From: Balneolaceae bacterium | Lineage (GTDB): Bacteria; Bacteroidota; Rhodothermia; Balneolales; Balneolaceae | Assembly (NCBI GenBank): GCA_007693745.1 | Contig: REDA01000045.1 | Location: 85,086 to 117,085 of the forward strand | Length of the DNA: 32,000 nt | Direction of reading: 5' to 3' | Shown: positions 31,838-32,000 of the stretch, one piece after another | Numbering within the stretch: position 1 is the first letter of the stretch | Layout: each line of letters starts with the position of its first letter | The notes under the pieces: model-generated | Seen by the model: the letters and a program-made list of their open reading frames with translations, nothing else | What the model was told of the DNA's origin: nothing | Databases searched by the model: none | Program-made: the position numbers and the translations under genes

Positions 31838-32000
31838 TTACTCTTCCTGAAGTAGTTTTTGGGCAAACCGTTTCGGTTTGAACGTATCAATACTGCCGGG
31901 AATCTCAGTTCCTGTGCTTACATATCTTGCACTGGCATCCATCTGATTCAGAAATGGAATGACTGATCCCAGCTCTGCAATTTCATCCAGATGCGTGAGC
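31838..32000 (-). CDS. flhF: Flagellar biosynthesis GTPase FlhF, C-terminal fragment (the gene continues beyond the window)
   Basis: The minus-strand frame is open from the window edge: LTHLDEIAELGSVIPFLNQMDASARYVSTGTEIPGSIDTFKPKRFAQKLLQEE*. This matches the SRP-GTPase/FlhF C-terminal pattern (T)KLDE......G.......... P..Y...G..(V/I)P.DI. It is not in the ORF track because it has no in-window start. Confidence 0.8.
   Translation of the reverse strand, partial: LTHLDEIAELGSVIPFLNQMDASARYVSTGTEIPGSIDTFKPKRFAQKLLQEE

Noticed and set aside
1-32000. A search for CRISPR arrays, tRNA/rRNA genes, IS elements or transposases, integrases, toxin-antitoxin pairs, and defence-system hallmarks (nucleases, ATPase-plus-effector pairs, reverse transcriptases).
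   Set aside because: I could recognise none by eye in any frame. The only mobile-element-like signal is the lone 526-aa chimeric gene.

Overview
The window has two parts.

**Left part (1 to ~10.4 kb): mixed housekeeping and accessory genes**
- The 3' end of a tryptophanase-type beta-eliminating lyase.
- A 598-aa uncharacterised protein that looks like an NMO/FabK-type TIM barrel.
- A cytochrome c lipoprotein and a VOC/glyoxalase-fold protein.
- A patatin-POTRA-Omp85 (type Vd-like) outer-membrane phospholipase.
- A YjiK/SdiA-regulated-like lipoprotein and a DUF1080-type lipoprotein.
- An orphan 526-aa chimeric phage-like protein: P27-terminase-like N-terminus, DUF3987-like middle, C-terminal HTH.
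- A soluble PAS-type histidine kinase.

**Right part (~10.65 to 32.0 kb): one large flagellar locus**
- A perfectly spaced sigma-54 promoter precedes flgB-flgC-orf75-fliE-fliF-fliG-fliH-fliI-fliJ-ylxF/flbB-like-fliK-flgD-flgE.
- After flgE come a strong intrinsic terminator, a 143-bp GC-rich hairpin-bounded element and a sigma-28-type promoter.
- That promoter precedes motA-motB-fliL-fliM-fliN/Y-fliO-fliP-fliQ-fliR.
- The locus then meets a convergent minus-strand unit, flhF(partial)-flhG-orf74-fliA-orf87.

Gene order is the Bacillus/spirochaete 'fla' type, while the flanking genes look FCB-group-like (Balneolales/Rhodothermales-like). That taxonomic placement is inference only.

**What I did not find:** tRNA, rRNA, CRISPR, IS, integrase, or any recognisable defence system.

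**Most interesting unexplained content**
- Three small uncharacterised ORFs wired into the flagellar operons (orf75, orf74, orf87).
- A switch complex (FliM plus a FliY-like FliN) with no recognisable CheY-docking peptide.
- A very long FliK.
- A regulatory layout in which export-gate genes appear to sit behind a terminator and a sigma-28 promoter.
- The chimeric 526-aa orphan.

All functional calls rest on by-eye motif and homology recognition plus synteny. No database searches were run.
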